Source: Raillietiella orientalis
Lineage: Eukaryota
DNA length: 64,000 nt
Direction: 5' to 3'
NCBI GenBank assembly: GCA_036172245.1
Contig: JAYWIR010000032.1
Span: 1,550,001 to 1,614,000 of the forward strand
The notes below the pieces were generated by a model, which ran no database searches, was not told the DNA's origin, and saw only the letters and a list, made by a program, of their open reading frames with translations. Both the position numbers and the translations under genes were made by a program. This document shows positions 21,501 to 33,560 of this stretch, piece after piece; the first letter of the stretch is position 1; each line of letters opens with the position of its first letter.

Positions 21501-24500
21501 CGGTCGTTGCAGTAGGGCGGCTGCTGGAATGCGCAATCATCTTTGGGCACACTTGTCCTATCCTAGGTGCAGTTATGGATGCTGCCTCCTCCACGCTCGT
21601 CCGAGATGCAGGTCGGGAAACTGAGATTTCTAAAAAGACCGTTTCGAAGGGGGTCTCCGGGTGCGTGGAAAGGTTGCCCAAGGGATTGCGCCGGGGAGGG
21701 AAGCGCTGGCCATTCTCAGTTCAGTTTGTTCGCTGGTGCTTGATGGTGGAGATGGCTCTATTCGCGGATCTCTTCATCTTGGGAGGAAACGTAACTCCAG
21801 GGTCACTTTTCCTCCGTCGCGCCGTACCGGAAGAAAATGGGAATTTTTCGGAAGTTCCGCCGTTCCTGGATACCAGCACAACCTGTTCGATGACCGCCTT
21901 CTTGCCAAATGCCCGCAGTTTTAAAAGTCTGTAAAGAAGCCTTTCCGTGGGATCTGAGGGACCATCAGGATCGCGTCCTGCGAAGAATGTTCAACGCACT
22001 CAGCAACAAGAACATTTTAGCTCATCTGCATCACGGAAGCGCCAGAGGGGGAATTTCCAGAATGCAATCGTCCTGCAAGTCACGAGATGTGTTTTTCCTC
22101 GTGTGCTAACCAGCACAACATTTCCACAGCCGCGCACGTGCCAGAAACATTGCGTCTGCTTGCGGGTGTACGAATCATTTGCGTTACAGCAGCAGCTTCC
22201 AAACTGTAACGGAGATCACGGGATGAAATGTGCAGCTTCGGAAACAGCACGGGACACATCATGATGCACACATTATCATCGTCGGGATGCACACTTCATG
22301 AAACGGAAGTCACCAGATCACGTGTGTTCTTTCTGAGGAGGATGCCATGTCGTTCGGAAGATTGTTCGTTGCTACCCAAACAGCAGCTTCCAGGAACTGG
22401 ATATCGTCAGGATGCATCGATGGTTCTTCCGTAAATGAGACGAAAATCACGCAGACACAGAGGGTGCGAGCTGCACTTGCGGTGGGGTCCGCTTGACCCG
22501 ACCGTCTGCCGGAAGAATTCCTCACAGCGGAAAACAAAACGAGAGCTCAAGCTGGACGAAAATCGCGTATGCGCTGTGACCTTTGAACTTTCCACTTCTT
22601 TTCCAGCTCTCCGATCTTGTTTCGCTACATCCAGGATGTCAGCTTGCACAAAACGTCGGTGGCAGATGAAATCCCTTGCCCTCACCTTTCCTTTGTTTTG
22701 TTTCCGTGTGTTTCTTCCCTTTCTTCCTGTTTGTAAAGTTACTTCCTCTCACTCGTTATGGAGTCTTTCCGGTTTTTCAAGGAGTAAGGAAATGCACCAA
22801 AGACATGCGTCTCCACCCTCAACTTTGATTTATTTATTCCTTGTCTCCTCCTCCCGTTCCGGACTTTCAGAAATCTCGGCCTGCGCATCGGCGGAATGTC
22901 TGATAACTGCTTGGGCATCAGCCGTGCATTGCATAGGTTGCCCGTCAGGGATTGGTCTCGTCGCACGTCTCAGATTGCGTCTATAGGGGCGCTGAATAGT
23001 CGTTGGCGTGATCGGGGAAAGGCGACCTACACTCGTCTGCATAAAAAAGGGGCGGAGACGTAGAGTGCGCTGGATGGCAGCGTATGCGGACGAGAGAGGC
23101 CGCATCCAGGAAATGCCTTCTTCCCAGCTTGACTGTTTATTTTTTTACATCGAAGAAACTTCCGGATGGAAATCTGACGACGGCTCCTCAGCGCTTCTTC
23201 AACAAGATCCCCGACTTCATCTTTTGCTGATGCCCATTTCTCATTTTCAGTGTTTGGCGATATGCTGGAAGTGACGCATGCATTCTCTCCAGCAGTTTTC
23301 ATTTCGCAGGGATGACTTTCTTTTCTAGGAGTCGTGGTACGCCTTCCCCTTTACCCATCAGCTAGATGGTGCTCTTCACCTGTTTCCCGCCACCCTTACC
23401 CACAGGGTTTAACGCGTCCATCCCCTTTGCAGGCGATGGTCCATTCTGCCTCGAAACCAGTTTCCTGCATGCGTTAGTTGACCCTGGATTTTGTAAAGGA
23501 GAATTCCATCCGCAACAGCTTCCGAAGTAACTCTGTTCTTCTGCAGAATGGATCCAATGACTTCAGAGGATGCGGTCCGTGTGTGAAAATGACCTTTCGG
23601 TTTTGTCGACATTCCTTTCGTCCGTATTTCTTCGGTAGAATAACTCCTCTACGCTCATTTGTCCAGCACTTTCCATCCTTGGTGGTTTTTTCTGGTGAGT
23701 CGGCAAGTCACGCACGGTTTCATGGTGTTGACGGCACCTACGTTTTCCCACCCGGATGCGCCAGGGCGTTTATTGGAAACTATCCCAGAAAAAAAGTCCC
23801 CAGACCAGGGGTTTCCAGAAGAACGAAAGAGGGGAACACCGACACGCTGGTCGGTAATTCGGGACGTCCGGAACGGTAGGGAGAAGGCCACAAGAAAATA
23901 TATCAAAACGTATGAATGATATGGAGGGAGTTGGAGACTGGGGTCTTTGGTCTGCGCAGTTCGTTGGTTTCAGAACCGATGTTGGATGCCGGAGATTTCC
24001 TCCCTGACGTCTTCTGGAAGATGAGGCCACGTGGCAGCGGACGTCATGTTCTCGTCGGCGGCAATTCCGGTGACGTCTCGGTAAATGACCAGCGACTCCA
24101 ATTTTCGGCGGCCTTGACGATGGCGCGGATGCAGCAGATCGTCGCAACCACCGCAGCTAACCACAGGCAGCCCGGCGTGAAAAAGCGGCTCATTAAAATC
24201 CGTGCGGTGTTTTCTCGGTGCCGGAGCGCTGAAGCCAGCATCCGCCACAGTTCTTGGAGGACACCGCAGTCGAGGAGCAGATGCGGGAGCGTTTCCGCTT
24301 CTCCGCACCGGCCACAGTTCGGGGAGGCAGTTTCCCCGGAAACAAGGTTCGCGCGCTGGTTGCACCGACGCACCGACGTTCGACTGAGACACTGGAAACA
24401 TCGATTACGGGAGCGCGTTCCAATTCGGAACTGTGAAACTGTTGAAAAGAAAGACATTCGGAACCAGATGCAGGCAAGGCAGCTGAGGCGCGGACACACT

Positions 24501-25967
24501 GACGCTCGTGGATCACAGCACACTACTTGTGCTACTGATTTCGGTGGAATGCGACCTAAAGCACACCACCACAGTCCTCTTCCCCGGGTCCCTCCGGGAC
24601 TTTTTGTCCCTATGAACCTCCGTTGTCTCTCCTAGGGGCTACCAAATACGACTGTGGCTTATTGCTCTCAGCCGGAGTTGCGCGGAAGCTTCCCAGAGCT
24701 GCTCATGGAAAAGATCACCTGCCGCAGGTCCGTAAGCCGCAGCCTGGAAAGCCACTGGCTGGCATCATTCACGGAATATCTCCGGGCCCTCGGATGAGGA
24801 GGCTGCAGAGAAATCCCTCGGTTCCGCGGCCCACGAAGTGTTCGTTCATCTGCACAGAGCTGACACGAATGCAGCTGCGCAATTTTCACGATTTGGCTTG
24901 GCAGACAGCGGTGACCTTTAACCTTAGTACGCAGCGTGGCGCAACCGCCATGCTGCTTACCTATGCAGACACATCTGTCGGCCGTGGATAACTTTCCAGC
25001 GAGGCTCCTAGGTTTATTCAAAGTCACCGGATGATCTGGTTCGGCCGTACGTCATCACGCGCGCAGCGACGTAACCTCATCTGCAAGTGCTCAGCTCCTC
25101 CCGATCATGACGAAGCGGGATCCCCCGCCTCCGAACACTGAGGTGACAGCCTGCGGAGCGCGATTGAAGCTGCGCGCTCACTTTCTCGAGGACGCCGATG
25201 GCACCACGTACTGCTGCCTCTGTAGGAATCGCTCCCGCTCCGACTCTGCCTTCGGTTTGTTGTGAGCGCTCCTTCACCCCCTGGGGGCCGCGGAAGCGCC
25301 GCAGGATGAGCTGCGGATGGTCACGCAATTCTTGCATCCCCTCGCCAGCTTGGGAAGACGTGCGTCGTCGCCAGCAGGGAGGTCGGTGTGGGTGGCCTGC
25401 ATCTCTCCGGGTTCACGGCAGGCAGCAATAAACGGAAGAAGCCGGCGTGCCTTGCGCACCCTGACGATGCGGATGATCTTCACTTCGGGATGGTCCACCA
25501 TCAGACGACGGAGTGGAAATTGGACGCCGTTGGGGTCCGAAATCCTAATCCCTACGGTGAGCAAGTAAACCACATCCTGTAGCGGGCTCACATCCTCAAG
25601 ATGTACAAAGGAACAAAAGGTCAGGACTGAGGAGGGAAGAAGCATCAGAGAAGCAAAGAAATTGCAGACGTCGGTCGAGTCACTCTCGTGGTCAGGTGAA
25701 TAGGAAGAATGCCGCGAGCATAAGAAATCCCGATGGAGAGTATAAACTGACAGATGACTCCGTCTTCTGCACCCTTGATGCATGTACGAAGGTCGTGGAT
25801 GTCGCTTTTGTACAGGGAAGCCCACCGAGGCGCGACGTTCCTGAGGAAGCGCCTATTGGCGTGTATAACGTGAAGGAGTCTCCATCCTTCGAGCTCGCTT
25901 GCCACTTTGCTCTCTATGATTGGGGAATTCTCGCTGGGAGACGGCACGCTTTCCCAGGATTCGAGGA
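18598..25967 (-). repeat. Right arm of a ~7.4-kb inverted repeat
   Basis: Begins TGATCCGATAGCTG (RC of 11261-11274) and ends ...CCCAGGATTCGAGGA (RC of sequence starting at 3913). Confidence 0.97.
23730..24655 (-). mobile_element. Mirror copy of the L1/Tx1-like 3' fragment, in right arm
   Basis: RC of 5220-6145; the same zf-RVT-like peptide appears in ORF 24044..24523. Confidence 0.7.
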
Positions 25968-28388
25968 TGAACGGGAAGCTTTTCCTGGCTGCCGGGCGCT
26001 ATCGCCTCCAGAAGGAAACTGGAAGCCTTTCTCGCGCATGCGTGCTATTCCAGCGTTCGCTGCAAGGGAGAGAGCCAGCTCATCGTTCCCATCTTTTTCC
26101 AGATGGTCTCCGTAGAGCTATGTGGAGCTCCGTCTCAGCGCAGCGGTGTCGCCATGTTGATCATTTAAAACGCAGCGTGCGTTGCCGATGATACCGGAGC
26201 GAAACTGCGGTGTCTATTGTTTTTTGTTAGGTTCGCAGTCGGGTCTCGATTTCCAGGACCTTTGGCCGCCTCAGGATTCTGGGACGTATGGTCGTTTAGG
26301 TAGGGTCTCTTCTTTCTTCATCGGGCAGTTATGTCTTTTCGCTCCCACAGGGCTTCTTTCTTGCCGGGGGCGGTAAGCTGTCCTTCACCTCCTCCTTCTT
26401 CAGCTGATTCCACTTCTCCCAGTTTTGGTTGTACATAGTGTACTGTAGTGAAGGTCGAGGGGGGAGGCAGTGACACCAAGTCGGTTTGCTCAGGTTGACT
26501 GGTCAGCGTGGGGCGAGTGGTAGCATGGCCACAGCCATGCTACCACTCGCCCACGCTGTGCCGCGCGCAGTGCATGATTCTGGAGATGTTGTGAGTGTCG
26601 TCGGGGCTGAACCGCGTCCCAGTGTGACACACGAGGACGGTTTTCTCGGTGCGCCTTCCGATTGTCTGATGGTTGCCCCGCCGCAAAGGTCGCTCACTGG
26701 GACAGGTCGTAGTGGGCGTGCAAGTAGGCACCCTTGGCGTCCTTGAGTTCGAGGAGAACCGAATCCTCGCGACGGGAGGTTAGACATTGCAGGACCGCCT
26801 GGCCGATTCAGTGCTCCCCAGCTGGAGAGCCGAGACCCGAGGCGCAGTGGGGAGCGGTCTCCGTAGGCGTTCTCCTATCTCCGCTGCACCAGGGTCCGCA
26901 AGTGTTTCTCCTGTTTTCTGTCGCGTTACACCTTCAGTTGCGCCCTCTCGACCGCGCCGGCAGCACTCGACAACATCCTGCAGCCTTCCCTCCATGACGT
27001 TTAGCTCCTTGTCCAGCATTAGCATCTTGAGTTCGTGGAGGGCTACGTTGTTGTCGCTCTTGCCGTTCTGTAGCGACTGTTGGAGCGACTGTTTGGAGGT
27101 TGAGGGCCGCCTTCAGGCGGTGGTGGTCGCACTGCTGCCGGTCGCCTAGAAGACGAGCTCCTTTCGCGCCCCCTTCAGTCCTTCGCTCAGGTCGATCTGG
27201 TCCTCCCTCATGATGTCGACGGGCTCCAACATCTGACTGAATCTGAAGCCGACCTTGGCCAGCTCGTGAGGAAGCTGCTCATAGTGATGTCGACGCTGTC
27301 CTCGCCCTTCTCAGTCAGCAGTTTGAACAGCCATAGGGCGGACTCGTGAAGCTTTCCAGTTCCATGATGGCCGAGATGAGGTTGGTCAGCTCGTTGGTGT
27401 TGACGAGCAACACTTCGAGACCTTGTTGACGAGCGGCATCAGCTGCTCGAGCACCTCAGTCGGCAAGCTGCTGACCGGACCACCTCCAGCTTGGCCTTGA
27501 GTGCTCCGGCGAAGGCAGCTGCGGGCAGTGCGTTGAAGGGCAGCGACTCCAGGCGGCGGTCCAGCTCCTGCCACTTCTTAAGCAGGCTATTCGTGGTCGC
27601 TTAGGGGCTCGCCAGCTTGGTGCCGCTGCCCGGAGGGTGCCGGTGGCGGGGACGTACGCGAAGCCGTTGCGTGTTGCAGGAGTAGTGTGCTGCTGCTGCT
27701 GCCTGTCGGGCAGTGATCTGCGGATATCGTTGCCCAGGGAGACGTTACAGCTTTTCGTCAGCTTCGCTATCTGGTGCAGCATCTAAGAGAAGCGCCAGGC
27801 AAGGTTGTCATGGGTGCGCTTGCCCTTGGCGACGACGACGTCTGCCTGCTCGGACGCGACACGCAACCACATGAGGGTGGCGCTTTACGTTTAGCCAATC
27901 GGATCACGAGTGGCCGCAGGTCGGCTTCACAATTTGGAGGCGCGCCAGAGCCTTGCCGTGCTGCTGGAGGGCCGCGGACTCTCTCCCAGGCCACATGCAG
28001 GAGCTCCGCCTTCTGATCACTCACTGCCTGCCGTGGCCAGCGAATCATCTTGGGGGGATTGATGGACGCACCTGCTCGTCTCCGCGAAGTGATGTACTCC
28101 TGACTGATGGACATCTCCGACCTGACCTTTCCCAGATCCGGCCGGATGTCGTCTAAGTCCTCTCACAGCTGAAGTAGCTGGGTAGCGGCGTCCACCTGCT
28201 CCTCCTGGACCTTCGTTAGCACCCGTAGATGCACGCGGCAGATGCGGAGGGCGTGGTCCAGCAGCTGCTGGTGGATCCTTTCGAGCGCCTGCATGGAGCT
28301 CGGCGAAGCCTCGGGCGAGACTGTCCGGCGGTCTCCTCCTCATGGGAGTCCGGGACTGCTATACCTCTCCTGACCTTTAGATGACGCA

Positions 28389-28516
28389 TCAGAAGCGCTT
28401 TGGCTTCCATTTGGCGCGTCAGAAGCACCCTGACTTCCAGCTGGCACCTCAGAAGCGCCTGGATTTCCAGCTGGAGCGTCAGAAGCACTTTGACTTCCAT
28501 CTGTGCGTCAGAAGTG
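28389..28516. repeat. Tandem repeat, ~4.3 copies of a 30-nt unit (one copy is 29 nt)
   Basis: TCAGAAG recurs at 28389, 28419, 28449, 28479 and 28508, with units like TCAGAAGCACCCTGACTTCCAGCTGGCACC. Confidence 0.9.
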
Positions 28517-29074
28517 TTGCGCTGCTTGCAGCGGTGCTGCAGGCGGCACAGCACGCGGCACGGCACGCGGCGTGCTTCGAGATTTCTCCTCTTCCTCCTT
28601 TTCTTCTGCCTCGTGACCGTCCTCTCGCGCGTCCGAAAAGGCGACGATAATGCCGCCGATTGTGATGCCATCGTCTTCGTCGCCAGCCTTGATCCAGTCA
28701 AGCCACAGGCGGCAGCAGCAGCTTCCGCTTCCATGAAAACGTCGTAATCTGATTGGCTTCCGTTTCCGCATTTAGCAGAAGACATGTCTTTCAAAGGGGT
28801 TGCGATGCAGAGCGACTGGTTCCGTATGATGTACGTTGAATGATTGTCCTGGAAAACATGCGCAAAATCTTGGTAGAGCGAAGCGGACAGAGATGCGGGC
28901 CGCGAGCCATCAAAGCTGATCGGTCGGCGAGATGTCGAAACCAGGGGCCTTCAGAAGGACAGTCGCTACACTCAGCCGATTTCTCTTGACTCCCCATTGA
29001 GCTGTTGTTTCGCACGGGGCGGTGCATTGGCAACAGAGATTCGTCAAAACGACAAAATCGTAAGCTTGCGGGTC

Positions 29075-29260
29075 ACGGTAGCACTTGGACTCCGTGGACT
29101 GAAGAAAGAGGAAAAAGCTTGCGTTGATCGCAATCATGGCTAAGGAGATGGCCTCAGCAGATGCTGAAGCAAGCTCCTCTCAACATATACAATCAATGTG
29201 TCCGGAACGGGAATGAAGGGATTACGGAGAAATGCGACGAGCTGATGAACCATTCGGTAG
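29075..29260 (+). mobile_element. Possible decayed LINE pre-RT fragment
   Basis: Frameshifted VALGLRGLKKEEKACVD...LNIYNQCVRNG resembles the V..AL..LK..KA.G.D...L..IYN.C...G region before LINE RT domains. Confidence 0.3.
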
Positions 29261-31789
29261 CGTAACCAGAGGCGCTGGTTGCATAAAGCTGCTGACAACT
29301 CTACTATGGAAGGAACGCTCGAAAAGCCTTAGCCACGTCTCCTTGTTGAGGAAGAACCAGAAGAAGTTAACATACCCATCCGCCCTGTTTTCGAACTTTA
29401 AACCTGGAGTGATAAGCCTTTCTTTTTTTTTTCCGCTCGCCGCATGGGTGGTGCAGGAACACCGCAGGAGAACGCATCGTTCCCGAGCTGCCCACACATA
29501 GGCCGGTGCTTCGCCTCGTATGCGAGCACGCCACGGCAATCCCTTCACTCCCGAATCCCCGACGCGTTCAGCGCCACCGCGGTGTGCACGAGCATGCCGG
29601 TAACCCCCTGCGAGAAGAAACGGCGCTGACCACAGGCAGTCTTCGCGCCTATGTCGGCACCTGCCGATCAAAGGCACGAGCCGCCGCCTTCCGGTCCTAC
29701 CGGACCGCGAAAAGGGCCTGGCGGTTCCAGGAATGGCGCACGGAAGCTGCCACTAGACGGGCACGCGCACAAGGCTCTTGTGAACGCCCTGCGGAAGACA
29801 TGCCGCCCGGTCCAGCCAGGAGCTGCTCCCGCAGCCGCAGCGCAGCGCCTGCAGCCGCCGTGCCGCCCACCCTTGGTGGATGCGACACAGCGCGTGCAGC
29901 ACGGTTTTTCTGGGTCCCCGGCGCGCGCGCCGGTCACTCGGATCCGAAGGGGAACACGGGAGGAGGTGCAGAGGTGGTGTGAGGATGTCTATTTTACCCG
30001 ATCGACGACCGACCGCTCTCCCCGCGCAGTCCCCGGTCACCTTCGACTCGCAGGAGGTTGCAGCTGCCAGTTGGTCCGCACAGGTACGGGCGTGCATGCC
30101 AGCGAAAGGAGGCACGCCTCTCCTGGGGCTGGAAACTGCTCTCCCGGTCCGCCTGGTGGGTTCTTCTCCTCCCTGAGGAACTCCTGGAACTCTCAGCCAC
30201 GTCTGCGTGCGCGGAGCCGGTTCCGACGGCGCCTGCGCACTTCGGAGGTAACGGATTCCTCTTGCGTGACCCAGGATGCGCCAAGTTTTAGGTGCCCATT
30301 CCGCTCCTTGCAGTGAAGTCCTGCTGCCCACCTCCAGCCCAAGCACGTGCCGCTGTCGCCAGGCGACCAAGTGTCACCGCTTTCTTCGGTGGGAAGCTCG
30401 GCTTCTCATTCCAGGACGCGTGTCCAAGCAACGGTGCCCGGCAGCGCGCTCGCTGCCAAGCTGCCAGTATAAAGCCGATTTCCGTCGGGCGGAACTTCTC
30501 CGTCCGGCCTCCAGCAGAGGTTTCTCTGTTCGAGGCACTTCCGTGGCGAGGACACGTCGGCGCGCGCACGGATCCATTCGACCGTCCTTCCGCCCCGCTC
30601 ATTCGGGAAACTTCGTCCCGCTCCACAGGGTCGCGGGCATCAGCAACAGGATGCAGCTCCTGCAAACGCGACCCGACCCCAGCCCCGCGGGATGGAAGTC
30701 GGCGGCACGACATCCAGACGGCGTTGCTGGAACGCCGTCCGCCACTGCCCGTACAGCGTCCTGTGCTTGCGGGCAGCGCTCTCACGTGGGATGGGCGCGG
30801 TGCTGTCGCAGCAGCAGGAGAGCCTTCACTGACCCAACGTGAGCAGCAGCGTGCCGCTGAGAGCTCCGAACAACAACCTGGAGGGGTCCGCCAGCTCGCG
30901 GAGTGCAACCGTCCGTGCCATTCACGGAACGACGTCATCGCAAGCAAAAAGCAAGAAGAAACGAAAACGCCGAACTGAAGCGGGACCTTGCCGCGCCGTC
31001 ATCCCCATCTTTGAGTTCCACGTCACTTCGGGCAACGTCGGACGGTGGAGCCGTGTCCTCGCATGCGTACGAGGCGACCCAAGGTCAAATGCAGCCGCTC
31101 GGTGCAGCTTTCTTTCTTTGTAGGTGGAGATGCCCGCTCTGCGTGCTCCCTCCATTTTTCCTCGATTCTCGTCTTTTTCAGGAGCCACGTGGAGAGGAGG
31201 AGGAGGAGGGGGGAGGAACGAAATGGCGGCTGTCGCCGTGCCTCCTCCCATCCGTTTGCCGACTGTTGCACGCTTCCTCCCCGAGTTCTCAAGCGCGCGC
31301 GCTTGATGTCGGCTGCGCCTCCGACCGGGCTACGCCGGTCCCTCCCTGAAGTGGAAAACGACGACCTAGGAATCGCCTTTTTCCGGAAACGCGCACGATT
31401 CGGTGGCCAGAGGAAAGTCGGCAGCGCAGCGCCTCCGGTGCATCGCTCTGCAAGCGCAGGTCTCGCGGAAGATCCACGAGCGAAGGAACTGCTTGTCCCT
31501 TCCTTGCCGTCGAGTCGCCAACTAGGATGCGGAACAGGACTCAGGGTGAGCAAGGCAAAGTAGTCCGTGATGCGAGTCGATGCAGCGTAGACAAGGCAGC
31601 AGGACTGGATCCGCATTGTAATCCTCACGGTTCGTTATTTTGAGTACCCCGGTGCTTTGGGGACTATCTTCCTGCAGAGGCTTGGTCCAGCTGTCTCCAG
31701 AGAACAGAGATGGCGATCAGCCCGATCCAAGGAGGCAGGTTTCACCTGCCTGAACGGACCACAGTGTGGAACATCCCCTCCTCCTCTGC

Positions 31790-32450
31790 CTGCTTTTTGT
31801 TTGCCTACCAACGGTGAGGATTAAGAACAGGACAAAGGACCTCCTAAGGATCGCCCTTTAAGGCAAAGGGAGGTCCAGGGTCCGCTTGAAGGACTTGTGC
31901 GCTCCGCGTCAGGACGGCGGCCTCGGCCTTCTGATGCTGGAGCTCCTGGAGCTTCAGCTCTAGTTCCGGATGACCGCCCTTGTGGCAAAGTTGTGGAGTA
32001 CCACCTGGTGCCACCCAGCACGTCTTCTCGTCAAACAAGCCACCGGCAACGCGGGACTTGCGTCCTTCCTTACACTGCGTTGCCGACACATCGTCCACTA
32101 CGGATTGCAGCTTTGAAGGGTAGCCAATCTGATGAAGAAGAACACGGGATGGATCTCCTGCCGCCCCACGAATGGTAGCGCCTGGCTACAGGAAACCGTT
32201 AGCAAGTGGGAGAGGAGCCAGGAGCAATGCACGGAGCAGGTGCGCCGGTTCCTGTTTGTGAGCAGCAACCGTTGCACATTCCGAGAGATCCTGGAGGATC
32301 CCGGAAAGAGCGCGTGGCCAGGAAGAACTTCCCTCGCCGCAGCACTGCCCTCCCTCAGGGACACCTGAGCAGTAGCATCGCAGAGAAGTGGGGAGTTAAA
32401 GTAACCATCTCCGGAACGGAGCAAGGACTGGGCAAGTGGAAGACGGACCA
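31790..32450 (+). mobile_element. Decayed L1/Tx1-like ORF2 fragment (post-RT region)
   Basis: Clearly homologous to 63170-63790 (shared GGACGGCGGCCT, GGAG(T/C)ACCACCTGGTGCCA, AGAAC(T/C)TCCCTC). Encodes LCAP..DGGL, like the L..P...GGL motif of Tx1 ORF2. Confidence 0.6.
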
Positions 32451-32599
32451 GCTTACTGACTCTGCGACCTCAGACACCCCACCAGTACACCACCCTACGG
32501 ACTCCTACGCTGGAACGTGCTACTGGATGCTCCGGTGGAACACCTGAAATGGCTCCCGGTGATCGTGGATACTCGCATCCTCCCCCTAAAGTAGCGGGA

Positions 32600-33560
32600 G
32601 TCGGCACTGTTTTGACACAAGGGTGTGCCGAGGCGTTTATTTGAATAAACAAGCAAACATGCGTAGGGCCATATTCTTGAAATATTTTTAGTATTAGCTA
32701 AAGACGTGTTTAATTGTTTTCCCATGAACATCTAGCATTAATATTAATTTCACTCTAATAAAACAAAACACGAATTACTAGGACTTCTAAATCATGTACT
32801 TAAATATTTTTTAGACTTTTTAAATATCACCGCCCTACAACGTCCGAAAGAGTTTGGAACTTGCCGAGTCACCGGCACGCAGGTCGGCGAGGTTTGAATC
32901 GGTAGTGGAGGGGGAGGGAACAAACAAAAGGAAGAATAAAGAAAAACGCCATTTACAAAAATAGGGAAGGCTGGGGAAGGGATCACATTCCACTGCAGGC
33001 CGTCCTCTATATCCTTTCCAGGATGCCGGCAAGTTGCATCCGCATACGTCCCAGATGGGGCCATCCGGCTGCCGTCCTCAGGAAGCGCAGGGAGGAGCAG
33101 ATGGCGTCCCTATCGTCCGTCGCAGGACGAACCTGCCAACTTAGAATGGGCCCAGAGCACTCTCGACCTTCTGAAGGCAGTCCGACCACACTTCCACTGG
33201 ACTGATGTCCCCTAACGGGATGCCTAGGTACTTTAAAGACCTGGCCATGGAGTTCTCCAGGCGGACCCACATGGCCTGGTATCCTAGGCGGATCCCTTGG
33301 GCCCCAGCCACAGAACTGTGTCTTTCCAGAGCACGCAGTCCCCCACGTGCAACAATCCCAAAAGAACTCGGAAGTGCACCTCGCATTCCCGCCGAGGTCA
33401 GAGGGGCAAAACCCTCTACAATGCGTGACAACCCACGAGTAGTGCTCCACGCTAATCTTTGCAACCTCTCCAGAACAATACCCTGCTTTCCTGGGGAGTC
33501 CCGCACAACCGAGCAGGGTGGAAGCGACCGAAGGACCAAAACAACTGCCGAGACCCTTAT
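32600..33560 (-). mobile_element. Decayed L1/Tx1-like 3' fragment
   Basis: Minus-strand LKYLGIPLGDISPVEVWSDCLQKVESALGPF (KYLG motif at the end of RT). The 3' region is homologous to 59040-59340, and AATAAACGCC lies on the minus strand at 32633-32642. Confidence 0.7.

Noticed and set aside
3890..25990. The palindrome as a giant TIR transposon (Foldback, Mutator or Maverick type)
   Set aside because: No target-site duplication (left flank CAGTATTTAGCT, right flank TGAACGGGAAGC), no transposase, integrase or polymerase, and the arms are decayed LINE mosaics.
28389..28516. CRISPR array
   Set aside because: Tandem units without unique spacers, eukaryotic context, no cas genes.
29240..32140. Hammerhead ribozyme cores (CTGATGA near 29243 and 32130)
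   Set aside because: No stem II followed by GAAA in the required arrangement.
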